A DNA stretch of 64,000 bases from contig JAMOPO010000003.1 of the NCBI GenBank assembly GCA_027064425.1, forward strand, positions 32,001-96,000. Direction: 5' to 3'. The position numbers and the translations under genes were made by a program. Position 1 is the first letter of the stretch, and each line of letters opens with the position of its first letter. A model generated the notes under the pieces. It ran no database searches. It was not told the DNA's origin and saw only the letters and a program-made list of their open reading frames with translations. Positions 1-10,756 of this stretch are shown here, one piece after another. Source of the DNA: Methanobacteriota archaeon (GTDB taxonomy: Archaea > JAADCQ01 > Methanopyri > Methanopyrales > Methanopyraceae).

Positions 1-14
1 GAGCACTACCGGCT

Positions 15-932
15 CTAGAGCTGCTCGTGCACCTTGCCCGGCTCCGGCAGGCCCAGCTCCTTCCGCTCCTCGATCTCCTTCTGGTTCTTGCTCTTCTTGG
101 CTTGAGCCAGCTTCTCGACCAGGCCCAGCCCCGGCTTGACCTCCTCGATGCTCTTCACCTCCAGCAGGCCCTGCTCCACCATCTCGTTGAGCAGCTCCAG
201 CGCCTTCTCCGTCCGGACAATCACCGTGCTCCAGCCGTCCGGCGAGCCCACGGAGCCCGCGGTCAGGTCGGAGAGCTCGGCGCAGTAGTCGGTGCACACG
301 TGGCACGGCTCGCCCTCGAACGGGTGCGTCTCGTCGATCGGGATGGTCTTCACCTCGCCGTCGTCCGTGTACACCCAGAACTTGCCCTTACCGATGTCCA
401 TCTTGGCGACCTCGCGCATCCACACGCCGCACAGCTGCTCCACCATCGTCTTGAGTCCCTCGTACGGGAAGTTCTCCATGCAGATGATACCGATCAGCAG
501 CTCGATCTTATCGGGCACGTGCCGCATTCCTACCGGCAGCAGCTGCGCCTTTCGGACCGCCCGGATCTGGCAGGGCGTGCCGACCATCGCGACGCGCTCG
601 CAGCCGTACCGCCGCACCGCCTCCTTCAGGACGCTCACGTTAGGACAGTACGTGTACTTGGTGCCGGCCGCCTCCAGCACCTCGTCCGGGTCCGTGATGA
701 CCACCGGCCGTGGCTTCCACGGCTCCTCCGGATCGTCCGGGTCCGTCACGGAGGCGATCACGCCGTCGAACTTGCCCTCCTCCAGCCCGTAAATCATGAC
801 CGCCGAGACGATGCCACCGTCCTGGGCCGCCTTCAGGATCCGCCGCTCGGTCGACCGGGCCGTGAACACGCCCAGGTGCTCGCCCAGCAGCTCCTCGTCA
901 CCCTTCACCATGACCTCCTCCAGCTCGCTCAC
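15..932 (-). CDS. fruB: F420-reducing hydrogenase beta subunit (FrhB/FruB)
   Basis: [36 protein letters not shown] and [10 protein letters not shown] motifs; follows the gamma subunit gene. Confidence 0.95.
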   Translation of the reverse strand: MSELEEVMVKGDEELLGEHLGVFTARSTERRILKAAQDGGIVSAVMIYGLEEGKFDGVIASVTDPDDPEEPWKPRPVVITDPDEVLEAAGTKYTYCPNVSVLKEAVRRYGCERVAMVGTPCQIRAVRKAQLLPVGMRHVPDKIELLIGIICMENFPYEGLKTMVEQLCGVWMREVAKMDIGKGKFWVYTDDGEVKTIPIDETHPFEGEPCHVCTDYCAELSDLTAGSVGSPDGWSTVIVRTEKALELLNEMVEQGLLEVKSIEEVKPGLGLVEKLAQAKKSKNQKEIEERKELGLPEPGKVHEQL

Positions 933-1636
933 TCCTCCTCACCCCCCATCACGAGCTCCTTGATCGCCTCGTCACCCGGCCAGATCGTCCGCGGGCACTG
1001 CGTGAAGCAGGCGCCGCACTTGATGCACCGGTCCTCGTTAACCACAGGTCGCCCGTCCACGACCTCGATCGCCCGGGTCGGGCACGCCGCCGCGCACGTG
1101 CCGCATCCCATGCACATGTTCTTGTTCACAACGTGATACATCAGGTCGCAGCCGCAGTACTCCGTCTTACCCTCAGCCAGCTTGGCGAAGGGCTCCAGCA
1201 GCTCCGTCTTGCCCTCCAGCAGCAGCGTCAGGAACCGCTCGATCGCCTCCGGGGCCGGCGGGCACCCAGGGACCGCGTAGTCCACGTCCACCACCTCCGT
1301 CAGCGGCACGAACGCCTCGTGCGTGGGAGCGGACTGCTCGTTGCCCCGCGAGTACCGCATGAAGTTCCCCGTCGACGCGCAGGCACCGAGCGCCACGATG
1401 GTCTCGGCCTTCTCCTCCAGCTCCCGCGCCTCCTCCACGCACTCCTCATGGTTCAGGCACACGGCGCCCTCCACCAGCACGACGTCGCACTCGGGCACCT
1501 CCCGCTCGTCCATCAGCGTCTGACAGTAGACCAGCTCCACCTCGTCCAGAATGTCCAGCAGCCGCTCGTACGTGTCGGCCAGCGAGACCAGACATCCGCA
1601 GCACCCGGCCAGCTGCACGTACGCGAGCCGGACCAA
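929..1636 (-). CDS. fruG: F420-reducing hydrogenase gamma subunit (FrhG/FruG)
   Basis: GCCGC, GAC and VPGCPP small-subunit motifs plus a 2x[4Fe-4S] ferredoxin domain; TTG start at 1636 after GGGGTG RBS. Confidence 0.93.
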   Translation of the reverse strand: MVRLAYVQLAGCCGCLVSLADTYERLLDILDEVELVYCQTLMDEREVPECDVVLVEGAVCLNHEECVEEARELEEKAETIVALGACASTGNFMRYSRGNEQSAPTHEAFVPLTEVVDVDYAVPGCPPAPEAIERFLTLLLEGKTELLEPFAKLAEGKTEYCGCDLMYHVVNKNMCMGCGTCAAACPTRAIEVVDGRPVVNEDRCIKCGACFTQCPRTIWPGDEAIKELVMGGEEE

Positions 1637-1767
1637 CGGCGCACCCCCTAGGACGGGTGTCAAGGGTGCGGCGGGGGACGACGGTAAAGGGAGTGAACGG
1701 GACGAAGGATGGGTGAAGGGTGGGAAGGGTGCGAGGGAGGCGACGGCCCCCGCGTAGGGGGCCGGTC

Positions 1768-1804
1768 CCGCCGCGGGTCCCCCTTTCGGGGTTCCCCGCG
1801 GCGG
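1768..1804 (-). promoter_or_regulatory. Archaeal SECIS element in the fruA 3' UTR
   Basis: Minus strand CCGCCGCGGG-GAA-CCCC-GAAA-GGGG-GA-CCCGCGGCGG: GC stem with GAA/A internal loop, directly after the fruA stop. Confidence 0.9.
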
Positions 1805-3058
1805 TCATCCCCGGAGGAGGTTGATTCGGGACTCACTCAGCTTCTCTCCGGAATCAGCATCCCGGACCTCCTTGACCACGTGAGCGGCGCACGAGGCTCA
1901 TATGTCGTAACAACGCATGATGACCTCGGCGTAGTCCTGATGCTCGCCCTCGATCGCCTTCTCTACCACCGGGAAGTTCCACGTGGACGCCGCGATGATG
2001 CGGTAGTCCTCGACGATCCCCTTCTCGTTGACCCTGGCGATGTGCACGTTCGTGCCTCGCGGCGCCTCGTGAACGCCCACGCCCGTGCCGGCCCTCGGCT
2101 CCCACTCCGCGAGCGTCTTACCGCTCGTGTTGAGCTCCTCCAGGATGTTCAGGCACCGGTCGATGGCCGCTAGCGTCTCCTGCGACCTCAGGATGTGAAT
2201 GTACAGGACGCCTCGCGGATCGACGCCGTCGAACACCACGTACCGGGACCGCGGCCCCACCTCGACCGGGACGCCGTCGTACAGCGGGATCTGGCCGTTG
2301 TGCTCGTACGCCTCCTCCTTGTGCTCCTCACCGTAGTACTCAATCGGCAGGACCTCGACTACACGGTCCAGGTCCAGCCGGTCCGGGTCACCGTACGTCG
2401 GGTGCGTGGCCAGGAACGGCTGGTCGTGTCGGCCGAACTCGTCCATGTCCAGGTCGTTCTCCTCCGCGAACCGCTCCACAACCTCCTTCATGAACTCGTG
2501 CTGCTCCTCCATCAGCTCCCGGGCCTCACGCAGCCGTCGGTAGAGCCGCTTCCGGGCGCTCTCCGAGATGTTCTCCGCCATGCCGCCGATCCGGATGTTC
2601 GGTGGGTGGATGCCCTCGCCGCCCACCACGTCCACCACGTACTGGCCGATCTTGCGGATCTGCTGGATCCGCTTGACCGCCTCCACCTTCTCCTTCTCGT
2701 CCTCCACGAAGTCATCCAGCACCAGCAGCTGGTGCAGCACGTGGGACTGGATCCGGTTACCCAGCGCGCAGAGCTCCCGGAGCAGCCGCCCGTCCCGCGG
2801 CGGCTCGATGCCCATGGCCCGCTCGAAGGCCTCGGCGGACGCGGTGCCGTGCGTGGCCTGGCAGATGCCGCAGATTCGCATCACCGCCACCTGCACGAAC
2901 TCCGCGGGCCGCCCCTTCGCCATCGCCTCGAAGCCACGGATCGCCGACGTGTTCAGGTAGAACGCGCGCTCCACGTACCCCTCGTCGTCCACGTACAGCA
3001 CGAGCTTAGCGTGTCCCTCGTGCCTCGTGGTGGGCTGTATCTCCGCACGCTCCGACAC
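1805..3058 (-). CDS. fruA: Selenocysteine-containing F420-reducing [NiFeSe] hydrogenase alpha subunit
   Basis: TRHEGH and RICGIC motifs; reading through TGA at 1898-1900 gives YDI-U-ASCAAH...LLRG* (stop 1805-1807); GTG start at 3058. Confidence 0.95.
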
Positions 3059-3172
3059 CTTCTCACCCCCTGTTCCCGGCCGGGCCGGTGGACGGAGATT
3101 AATGTAAAAGCGGCAAGGTTCGGTCCGAGCGTGAAAGGAGGCACCACTCAACCGCGACCGGGTGCTCCGGGC

Positions 3173-4729
3173 TTGACCGAGCGCGTCCTGGTCGTTGACG
3201 CGCTGGGGGCCGGTTCGGGGCGCAGGGTCCGGTCCCGAGACGTGATAGGCGTCGGACCCCGGCTCGTCGCGTCGGTACTGAGGGAGCACGGTTACGAGGT
3301 GGAGCTCGCGGAGTTCGAGCGGCTGAAGGAGGGTGGGGAGTACGACTGCGTAGGCGTCAGCGTGATGACCGGGGACGAGCGCGCCGCCCGCCGAGTCTTC
3401 GAGCGCCACCCGGACTCCTTCAAGTTCCTCGGCGGTCCCGGGGCCGCGGACCCCAACGCCCTCCTCAAAACCCGGGCCGACGCGGCGATCGTAGGTGAGT
3501 GCGAGCGCACCCTACCCGAGCTCCTCGAGCGTCGCGAGCCCGTGAGGGGCGCCTACTGGCGGCGGGGCGACGACGTCGAGTTCCCTGGACCGAGGCCCAT
3601 CGTTCGGCGGCCGGCCTCCCCCGACCCTAGGTTCATTCGGGCCTACCCCACCCGGTGGGCGGCGCGCGTGTACGTCGAGGTGGTGCGCGGCTGCAGCAAC
3701 TCGCACCGTACGACCCTCGAGCTGCCGGACGGGCGGAGGTGCGCCGACTGCGGCCGGTGCCGGGAGGGCGAGGGGGAAGAGCGGTGGGAGTGCCCGGAGG
3801 GAATCCCGCCCGGCTGCGGGTTCTGCTCCGTCCCCTCCCTGTTCGGCCCCTCCCGGTCCCGACCGCTGAGGGACATCGTCCGGGAGGTGCGCGGGCTCGT
3901 CAAGGAGGGCGTGAGGAGGATCGTCCTCAGCGCGTCGGACGTGCTGGACTACCGGCGGGGCGAGGAGCCCCTCACGGACCCCCGGCACCCTCCCCCGAAC
4001 CTCGACGCCCTGGAGCGGCTGCTTCGGCGCGTCTCCAAGCGGGCTGAGGTCGTGTTCGCGGAGAACGTGAAGGCATGCCTCGTGAACGAGGAGGTCGCGG
4101 AGCTCCTGGGCGAGTACTGCCGGGGCACCTCCGTGAGCGTGGGCGTGGAGACGGGGGACCCGGGACTCCTGCGGGCCGTCGGAAAGCCGTCCACGGTGAA
4201 GGAGGCCCTACGAGCCGTGAGGCTGCTCCGCCGGGCGGGCTTAAGGCCCCACGTCTACTTCGTGTACGGGCTCCCGGGCCAGACCCTGGCCTCGGCCCGG
4301 GCGACCGTCCGGGTGATGCGCCGCGCGGTCGAGCTCGGCGCGGAGAAGGTGACTGTGTACCGGTTCCGCCCGCTACCCGCCTCGGCCTTCGGCAACTTCC
4401 CGCCCGGGCCCAGCCCCCGCGAGAGCCGGGCGAGCAAGCTCATCGCGGACGCGGCGCGAGAGCTCAACACCCGGCTCAAGCGGCGGCTGGTTGGGGACGA
4501 AATCGAGGTCTTCGTGGCGGAGAGGGACCTGAAGAACCCGAAAAACGCCGTCGGCTGGCCGGTGCTCGGCGGGCCGAAGGTCCTGATCAAGGGTGGCTCG
4601 AAGCTGCTCGGCACGCGGTGCATGGTGCGCGTGGAGGGCGTTATCTCCGACAAGATGGTGGCGGGGAAGGTCAGGAAGGTGCTGGAAGAAGTGGACCTCG
4701 AGGCGCTGGAATCACGGGTACCTACGTAG
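3173..4729 (+). CDS. B12-binding-domain radical SAM protein with C-terminal TRAM-like domain
   Basis: GGPG motif, VEVVRGC...GCGFC, GVETG, YFVYGLPGQ; TTG start at 3173. Confidence 0.85.
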   Translation: MTERVLVVDALGAGSGRRVRSRDVIGVGPRLVASVLREHGYEVELAEFERLKEGGEYDCVGVSVMTGDERAARRVFERHPDSFKFLGGPGAADPNALLKTRADAAIVGECERTLPELLERREPVRGAYWRRGDDVEFPGPRPIVRRPASPDPRFIRAYPTRWAARVYVEVVRGCSNSHRTTLELPDGRRCADCGRCREGEGEERWECPEGIPPGCGFCSVPSLFGPSRSRPLRDIVREVRGLVKEGVRRIVLSASDVLDYRRGEEPLTDPRHPPPNLDALERLLRRVSKRAEVVFAENVKACLVNEEVAELLGEYCRGTSVSVGVETGDPGLLRAVGKPSTVKEALRAVRLLRRAGLRPHVYFVYGLPGQTLASARATVRVMRRAVELGAEKVTVYRFRPLPASAFGNFPPGPSPRESRASKLIADAARELNTRLKRRLVGDEIEVFVAERDLKNPKNAVGWPVLGGPKVLIKGGSKLLGTRCMVRVEGVISDKMVAGKVRKVLEEVDLEALESRVPT

Positions 4730-4837
4730 CGGGCTCGGGTACGTCGTGGACCAGCGAAGGAGCCACCACAGATGGCACGGACCCTTCCCGGGCCGACCCG
4801 GGCCGCCGCGCCAGCGACCCCGGCCACGCCACCTCAT
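4712..4837 (-). CDS. Possible 41-aa Arg/Gly/Trp-rich small protein
   Basis: MRWRGRGRWRGGPGRPGKGPCHLWWLLRWSTTYPSPLRRYP; BRE/TATA-like element upstream on the minus strand. Confidence 0.3.
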   Translation of the reverse strand: MRWRGRGRWRGGPGRPGKGPCHLWWLLRWSTTYPSPLRRYP

Positions 4838-4865
4838 GTTAGGGTCCCCTAACGCCCGGCGCGCA

Positions 4866-4887
4866 GGGAAAACGTTAAGCGTTTCGG
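4866..4887. promoter_or_regulatory. Possibly bidirectional BRE/TATA promoter
   Basis: GGGAAAACGTTAAGCGTTTCGG, about 25-30 nt upstream of the C/D sRNA (+) and of the small ORF leader (-). Confidence 0.55.
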
Positions 4888-5900
4888 TCCTCGCCCGGCC
4901 CGGGCCGTGGTGAGAATTCCTTTAGCCGACGTAAGGATGAGGAGTACTCCCCAGGCCGAGCCGCCCACTCCGCAACCCTCGACTCTCCACCGTACTCCGA
5001 CACCTCCCTGATCACCTCCTCGTAGCTCACCCACCTCGACCTCCTCCCGCACCGGGGGCAGACCAACCTCACCCTCTCTGGGTTCTCACCCTGGAGCGTG
5101 GCGGGGTTCCCGCACTCCGGACACCGGAGGTGACGCACGAATCGGAACACGGGACACCCCGAGCCGCGCCTGCAGCGCGTGCACAGGTGGTACTCCCGGG
5201 CGCAGGGAACGTCCGCCTCCAGGCACGCGGTTAGGTCGACGCGCAGGCCGAAGTCCGGCTCCACCACGGCCGCGTCAACGTCCAGCTCGCGCACGAACCA
5301 GGGGTCGTAGGCGATCAAGTGGACGGGCACCACGACCTTGGGCCTCACGATGGTGCAAAGTCGCTCCAACCCGGGCCGGTCCAGGTGGCCCGGCACCCCC
5401 GAACACTCGGCCACCAGCACGTCCACTCCGGGTAGATCTCGACTCAGGAACACGTCCGGGTCCACGTCACCCGTGAACAGGACCCGATACCCGGCCACTT
5501 CGACGACGTAGGCCACCGCGCCGGGGCAGTGCCCCGTCTCAATGGTCTCGACCACGGGGTCGCACTTTGACGCCGGGCGCGGGCGGTACCCGAACCTGCG
5601 CTCGATCCTCCCGGCCGCGGTCGGGTGGGCGTACGCCTGACCGTACTCGCCCCCGTGTTTCGCGTGGTCCGTGTGGTGGTGCGTGATCAGCGTGTGTTCG
5701 GGATCGGGCTCACCGAACCGGCGGAACAGGCCGGGGGCTGACTTCACCCACTCGGGCAGGTCGGCCCACCCGGGGACGCGCCGCTCGTACCCCTCCCGCC
5801 ACCCACCGGGATCGAAGAGGATCTCGGTCCCGGCGCCTTTCAGCCCCACCACGGCTCCGGGCGTGGCCCCGAACAGCCGGACCGGGGACCACACGATCAG
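4875..5900 (-). CDS. Metallo-beta-lactamase-fold hydrolase with C-terminal Zn ribbons
   Basis: LFDPG, THHHTDH, GHCPG, FTGD, VPVH and three CxxC pairs; start approximate (CTG 5900 or GTG 5894). Confidence 0.8.
   Translation of the reverse strand: MIVWSPVRLFGATPGAVVGLKGAGTEILFDPGGWREGYERRVPGWADLPEWVKSAPGLFRRFGEPDPEHTLITHHHTDHAKHGGEYGQAYAHPTAAGRIERRFGYRPRPASKCDPVVETIETGHCPGAVAYVVEVAGYRVLFTGDVDPDVFLSRDLPGVDVLVAECSGVPGHLDRPGLERLCTIVRPKVVVPVHLIAYDPWFVRELDVDAAVVEPDFGLRVDLTACLEADVPCAREYHLCTRCRRGSGCPVFRFVRHLRCPECGNPATLQGENPERVRLVCPRCGRRSRWVSYEEVIREVSEYGGESRVAEWAARPGEYSSSLRRLKEFSPRPGPGEDRNA
4901..4966 (+). ncRNA. Box C/D guide sRNA targeting 16S rRNA
   Basis: C GTGGTGA 4907, guide GAATTCCTTTAG, D' CCGA, C' ATGAGGA, guide GTACTCCCCAGG, D CCGA 4956; guides are antisense to conserved 16S AAAGGAAUU and CCUGGGGAGUAC. 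Confidence 0.9.
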
Positions 5901-6739
5901 CTCGAGCCTACCACCTCCTCCACGCATTCCGCAACCCTCACAACTTCCTCTGGAGTCAGATGCATCGGGCGCTTGCCCAGCAGGTCCTCGGGCAGCTTCT
6001 CGAGGACCTCCTTCACGACCTCGTCGTCGCCTCCCCACTCGTGAGCCGACAGCTTCAGCGCGTTGCGGACGGTCTTCCGACGGTGCTGGAACAGCCCCCG
6101 GCAGACGGCCTCCAGCACCTCGAGGTTCACGTCCGGGAGCTCGGACTCGGGCCGGGGCTCGAGCTTGACGATCGCCGAGTTCACTCGGGGCGGGGGCACG
6201 AAGGCTCGCCGTGGGACGGTGCGCAGGATGTCCACGCGGGCGAGTAAGCGCACCATCACGGTGAGCCGGCCGTACTGCCTGGTCCCGGGTTCGGCCGTCA
6301 TCCGCTCGGCGAACTCGCGCTGATAGGTGAGCACGGCGAGCTCCACGTCGGACTTAAGGATCTCAAAGGTGGCCTCCGAGGAGATCTGGTACGGGAGGTT
6401 GGCGACCACCTTGTTCGCGTCCTCGGGCACGCCGTGATCTAGGAAGTCCGCGTGCACCACCTCCAGGTTCTCGGCACCTCCCAGCTCTTCCCTCAGTATC
6501 TCGACCATGCGCTCGTCCAGCTCCACCGCCACGACGCGACCAGCGCGCTCAACCAGGTACCGGGTCAGCAGACCGGGGCCGGGCCCGATCTCCAGGACGG
6601 TATCCTGCGGGCCGACCTCCGCGGCCTCCACCATGAACTCAAGCAGCCGGTCGTCCACCATGAAGTGTTGCCCGAGCCTCCGGTTAGGTCGGAGTCCGTA
6701 CCGCCGCCTCAGGTACTCGAGATACTCAGCGCTTCTCAA
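5897..6739 (-). CDS. rsmA: 16S rRNA m6,2A dimethyltransferase KsgA/RsmA
   Basis: [37 protein letters not shown]. Confidence 0.95.
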   Translation of the reverse strand: MRSAEYLEYLRRRYGLRPNRRLGQHFMVDDRLLEFMVEAAEVGPQDTVLEIGPGPGLLTRYLVERAGRVVAVELDERMVEILREELGGAENLEVVHADFLDHGVPEDANKVVANLPYQISSEATFEILKSDVELAVLTYQREFAERMTAEPGTRQYGRLTVMVRLLARVDILRTVPRRAFVPPPRVNSAIVKLEPRPESELPDVNLEVLEAVCRGLFQHRRKTVRNALKLSAHEWGGDDEVVKEVLEKLPEDLLGKRPMHLTPEEVVRVAECVEEVVGSS

Positions 6740-7565
6740 CGCCCACGGACACCCGGTCTCCCAGCACGTCCACGTGCACCACGGTTCGAGGCTCGTCAAG
6801 GTCCACCTCGTGGCCGGCGGAGGTCAGCACGTCCCCCAGGAACACCTCGGCGTCTCGGGAGGACGAGAAGAGGCCGGCGCGCGCGATCCTGGCCCGGACG
6901 GCGAACGGGTCCTCCACCCTGGGTTCGATCTCCTCCAGCACCCGCTTGGAGAGCTCCTCCCGGTCGTCGAATCGATCGCTGAGTAGGAAGTGTCGGACGT
7001 TGAAGGTGGGTAGCTCGCGCTCGATCACCCTCGCCGCCCGCTCCGAGTCGCCGTCCGTGATCATGACCTCGACTCGACCCGCCAGGTTCTCCGGGGCCGG
7101 GGCGATCTCGGCCTTGATCCCCTTCCCGGTGAGCAAGCAGTACACCCGGGCGGCCACGTCCTCCTCCGTTAAGTACGGGTTGCCACCGAAGGTTACCAGG
7201 ACGTCGAGCCGCTCGACCGGGTCGTAGTGCAGAGGCCGGCTCGGGTTGACCTCCACCACCTCGATGCCCTTCCGGGCGAGGTAGTAGGGACCTAGACCGC
7301 GGCCCCGACCGATGTACACGACGCCGGCGACGCCGGCTTTCGCGAGCTCCCTGGCGCAGTACAGGCAGGGCCTGATGGTCACGAAGACCACGCCGTCGGA
7401 CACGTCGTGGTTCCGGATGAGCTTCTTCTCCGCGTGCTCGCCGTCCGCCTCCTCGTAGGCCTTGACCTCCCCGTCCTTGATCAGGGCGGCCGTGACCGTC
7501 CTCGTGGGGATCTCTCGCAGCACCTTCTCAACGTCGATGGTCTCTCCCGCTAACGTTATCTTCAC
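6726..7565 (-). CDS. cdat8: tRNA C8-to-U8 cytidine deaminase (CDAT8-like; deaminase + THUMP)
   Basis: HAE and PCLYC deaminase motifs, C-terminal THUMP (FAVRAR...VDLDEP); about 279 aa; GTG start at 7565. Confidence 0.9.
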   Translation of the reverse strand: MKITLAGETIDVEKVLREIPTRTVTAALIKDGEVKAYEEADGEHAEKKLIRNHDVSDGVVFVTIRPCLYCARELAKAGVAGVVYIGRGRGLGPYYLARKGIEVVEVNPSRPLHYDPVERLDVLVTFGGNPYLTEEDVAARVYCLLTGKGIKAEIAPAPENLAGRVEVMITDGDSERAARVIERELPTFNVRHFLLSDRFDDREELSKRVLEEIEPRVEDPFAVRARIARAGLFSSSRDAEVFLGDVLTSAGHEVDLDEPRTVVHVDVLGDRVSVGVEKR

Positions 7566-7593
7566 CGGGCCGCCTCCCCCGTCGGGGACTCCG

Positions 7594-7989
7594 ATGCCGA
7601 AAGAGGAGCTGGTCAAGGATCACATGACGCTTGGCGTCGCGCAGGTGCTGATGACCGACACCGTTCGGGAGGCGCTGCGAGAGATGATCGACCTGGGTGT
7701 CCACGGCGTCGCGGTGGTCTCGGACTCGGGTGAGCTGGTCGGCGTGCTCGAGGAGGAGGACCTGATGAAGCTGATCCTGGAGCACTGGGGCGAGTGGGAT
7801 CAGATCCTGGAGGTTCAAGTCGAGGAGGTCATGAACCCCGACCCGGCCGTCGTCGGTCCGGACGACCCGCTGGTTAAAGCGCTGGAGGTGATGCGAGAGC
7901 ACGAGACCACGCGGGCGTTCGTCATCAGCTGCGAGGGGCGTCCGGTGGGCGTCATCAGCCTCACGGACGTGCTGGCTGCGATCACTTGA
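7594..7989 (+). CDS. CBS domain pair protein
   Basis: [29 protein letters not shown]. Confidence 0.9.
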   Translation: MPKEELVKDHMTLGVAQVLMTDTVREALREMIDLGVHGVAVVSDSGELVGVLEEEDLMKLILEHWGEWDQILEVQVEEVMNPDPAVVGPDDPLVKALEVMREHETTRAFVISCEGRPVGVISLTDVLAAIT

Positions 7990-9280
7990 TGTGGATCTCC
8001 GGCAGCACCCTCCGGGCGGCCAGCTCCGCCACCTCCCGGTAGGACTGGACTGGTACCGGCCGCTCGGCCTCGGGCTTCGTGCGAGACTTGATGTTGGCAC
8101 ATTCCACCTCAAGCCGCTGAACCTCGTTGAGCTCCGCGCCCATATCCCTCGCGATGTCCTCGATCTCCTGAACCAGCTCCTGGGGCTCCTCGCCGTACAC
8201 CTCGATGACCTCCACTCCCGCGTCCTCCTCCACGCACTCGCGAACCCATCCCTCGCACTCCTCCTTGGTGACGAGCAGGATCAGGCTCTCCACGTCCAGC
8301 CGCTCGAGAGCCTCCAGCTGCGTCCAGAACAGGTAGTGCGAGCCGCTGTCATCCTTCCACAGCTTCCGCCTCGGGAGCTTCGCCCGGTACTTCAGGTACA
8401 GCAGGTGAGAGAAGTCGAACATCGGCAGGTCCAGCAGCGCGGACAGGTAGTACGAGTACAGGCTCCCGAGCACGTCGACGTGGGCCACGGCGATGTCGGA
8501 GCGCTCCCAGCCGCGCTGGGCGGTGATCCCGTCCAGTCCCCAGGCCATAACGCGCGGGAGGTACTTCCAGTTGACCCAGATCACGCTGACATCGCTCGGC
8601 ACCTCCTCTATCGTGTACACCTCGTCGGCGTCCAGGGGGACGTCGTTCAGCTGGGTGACCTTCCGCCCGACCCGGAGGTACGGCAGCACGATCGCCTCGG
8701 ACGACGTTCCCTCCCTGACCTCCGTTGGGTCCTCGGCGAGATTCCGCGCCGCGGTCACACTGGCGGTCTTGGCCAGCGCTAGGGAGACGAAAGCCCTCTT
8801 GAGCTCCGTCTTACCCAAAATGTACGAGATGCGAAGCGTCGAATACTCCAGCTCGAGCAGGGTGGCCGCGTCCACCTCGAAGATGGGGAGGACCGCGACC
8901 TCGGAGTGCCGGTTCTCGCTGGGAGAAACGGTGGGGGAGGACCGGGCGAGCCGCTCGCGGAACCGTCGCAGCGCCTCCATCAGCTTGCTTTCCAGCTCCT
9001 GATCCAGCTCCCAGTCCACGTGGATGCGGAGGATGGCGGGGCCCACGGCGCGCCTGGGTGAGATGCGAACGTTGGACGGGACGTCCAGGCGGACCTCAAT
9101 GTCTTCGGTCTCGGACGATACGAGGAGGACCTCGCCCTCCCAGATGACGCGGCAGCCCTTCGGGACTTCTATCTCCGCGGGAACGGGAGCCTCCAGCAGG
9201 CTAGATAGGCTGTTTACGAACTCGAGAACGTCTCCCTCCACCTTCTCCAACAGGCCCTGATCGACCTCTTCGGCAGCCAT
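7982..9280 (-). CDS. Hypothetical protein
   Basis: 432-aa acidic ORF with typical codon usage; no recognised motif. Confidence 0.7.
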   Translation of the reverse strand: MAAEEVDQGLLEKVEGDVLEFVNSLSSLLEAPVPAEIEVPKGCRVIWEGEVLLVSSETEDIEVRLDVPSNVRISPRRAVGPAILRIHVDWELDQELESKLMEALRRFRERLARSSPTVSPSENRHSEVAVLPIFEVDAATLLELEYSTLRISYILGKTELKRAFVSLALAKTASVTAARNLAEDPTEVREGTSSEAIVLPYLRVGRKVTQLNDVPLDADEVYTIEEVPSDVSVIWVNWKYLPRVMAWGLDGITAQRGWERSDIAVAHVDVLGSLYSYYLSALLDLPMFDFSHLLYLKYRAKLPRRKLWKDDSGSHYLFWTQLEALERLDVESLILLVTKEECEGWVRECVEEDAGVEVIEVYGEEPQELVQEIEDIARDMGAELNEVQRLEVECANIKSRTKPEAERPVPVQSYREVAELAARRVLPEIHIK

Positions 9281-9300
9281 AAGGGCCCGCCCGGCCCTGC

Positions 9301-9882
9301 CTACCCCTTGATCAGTTTAACAACTTCCCCGACACGCCTTCCAGTGTTCCTGGCCGTCTCAATACCTTCCTCGTCCTGCTTGACGTCACCAGGCTCCAGC
9401 CCGACCCCCGCGCCCCCGAAGTGCGCCGTCGGATCAGCGTCGCCGACGACGATCATTGCGTGGATCATGAAGAAGTTCTGGATGTCCCGGAGCGTGTGTT
9501 CCTGACCACCGTTTCGGGCTCCACCGACGGCGATGGCCCCGCCCACCTTGTCCTTCAGCTCCCAGTTGATACGCAGCGGCCGGGTACGGTCCATCAGCGC
9601 CTTCAGCTGGGCGCTGACGCCGCCGTAGTAGACGGGGGACCCGATGATCATGCCGTCGCACTCGCGCATCAGCTCGTACACGTCCTGCATGTCGTCATTG
9701 ACGGCGCACTCACCGGTCTCCGTGCACTCGTCGCACGCCCGGCAGGGCGAGATGTCCAGGTCGCGCACGGAGAGGAACTCGGTCTCCTCACCAGACACCT
9801 CCTCGGCCGCCTCGAGCGCCACCTTGACCAGGTAGTCCGTGTTGCTCCCCTCACGCGGGCTGCCCGAGATGCCTAAAATCAC
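9301..9882 (-). CDS. Iron-sulfur flavoprotein (multimeric flavodoxin, Isf family)
   Basis: GISGSPR, CxxCxxCx5[15 protein letters not shown]. Confidence 0.92.
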   Translation of the reverse strand: MILGISGSPREGSNTDYLVKVALEAAEEVSGEETEFLSVRDLDISPCRACDECTETGECAVNDDMQDVYELMRECDGMIIGSPVYYGGVSAQLKALMDRTRPLRINWELKDKVGGAIAVGGARNGGQEHTLRDIQNFFMIHAMIVVGDADPTAHFGGAGVGLEPGDVKQDEEGIETARNTGRRVGEVVKLIKG

Positions 9883-9910
9883 CCTGATCCGCCCCCGCGG
9901 GGGGCTCGCG

Positions 9911-10756
9911 TTGAGGCGGGTTGTGGTCGTGTGGAACCCCGACGATCCGGCGTCTAAAAATATCGCGGAAAGCCTGCTGGCCGACGCTGAACGGACCGAC
10001 GTGGAAGAGGTTCACAGTTACACGATAGAGACCTGGGAGGTGGAGGGGGTACGGATCCACACTGTCCAGTCGCTGGGCGACTTGATCGAGGAGGACGAGT
10101 GTCGAGAGCTGGCCCGCAAGTTCGACGCGATCATCTTCGCCTCGCGGCACGAGAGCGAGTCCGGGAGGCCCTGCCTCACCGTGCACGTCCCGGGTAACCC
10201 GACCCCCGAGGCCAAGTTCGGCGGCAAGCCGCTGGAGGTCTGCACGGCCGACCCCGCCGGGATGAAGGCCGCGCTCCTCGAGCTCAAGCGCCTTCGGGAC
10301 AAGAAGGGTCTCGACTACGACGTGTGCTACGAGGCGACGCACCACGGGCCCGTGGACCCGGGCATCCCCTGCTTCTTCATCGAGATCGGGTCCGATGAGG
10401 AGCGGTGGACGGACCCGGACGCGGGCGAGATCTGCGCCCGAGCCATCCTCGCCGCGGTGGATCCACCGGACGTAACCCCAGTCATCGGATACGGGGGCGG
10501 CCACTACGCCCCCGCGCACACGGACGTGGCCCTGTCCGACGAGCGGATCGCCTACGGACACATCGTACCCGAGTACGCGGTCGACGGCGAGTACCTCCGC
10601 GACCAGTTCCGCGAGGTCCGCCGCAAGACCCCCAAGGCGAAGCGGGTCATCGTCGACCCCCGCGGCCTGGAGGGACGGTACCTCGAGATGATCGAGGACC
10701 TGGCACGGGACGAGGGGCTTCGCGTTCAGACGGTGGAGGAGGTGAAGCGTGGTTGA
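9911..10756 (+). CDS. dtdA: Archaeal D-aminoacyl-tRNA deacylase (DTD2)
   Basis: [40 protein letters not shown]. Confidence 0.92.
   Translation: MRRVVVVWNPDDPASKNIAESLLADAERTDVEEVHSYTIETWEVEGVRIHTVQSLGDLIEEDECRELARKFDAIIFASRHESESGRPCLTVHVPGNPTPEAKFGGKPLEVCTADPAGMKAALLELKRLRDKKGLDYDVCYEATHHGPVDPGIPCFFIEIGSDEERWTDPDAGEICARAILAAVDPPDVTPVIGYGGGHYAPAHTDVALSDERIAYGHIVPEYAVDGEYLRDQFREVRRKTPKAKRVIVDPRGLEGRYLEMIEDLARDEGLRVQTVEEVKRG

Noticed and set aside
1898-1900. fruA as a truncated gene or pseudogene
   Set aside because: TGA is at the conserved Cys ligand position and a SECIS follows, so it is selenocysteine
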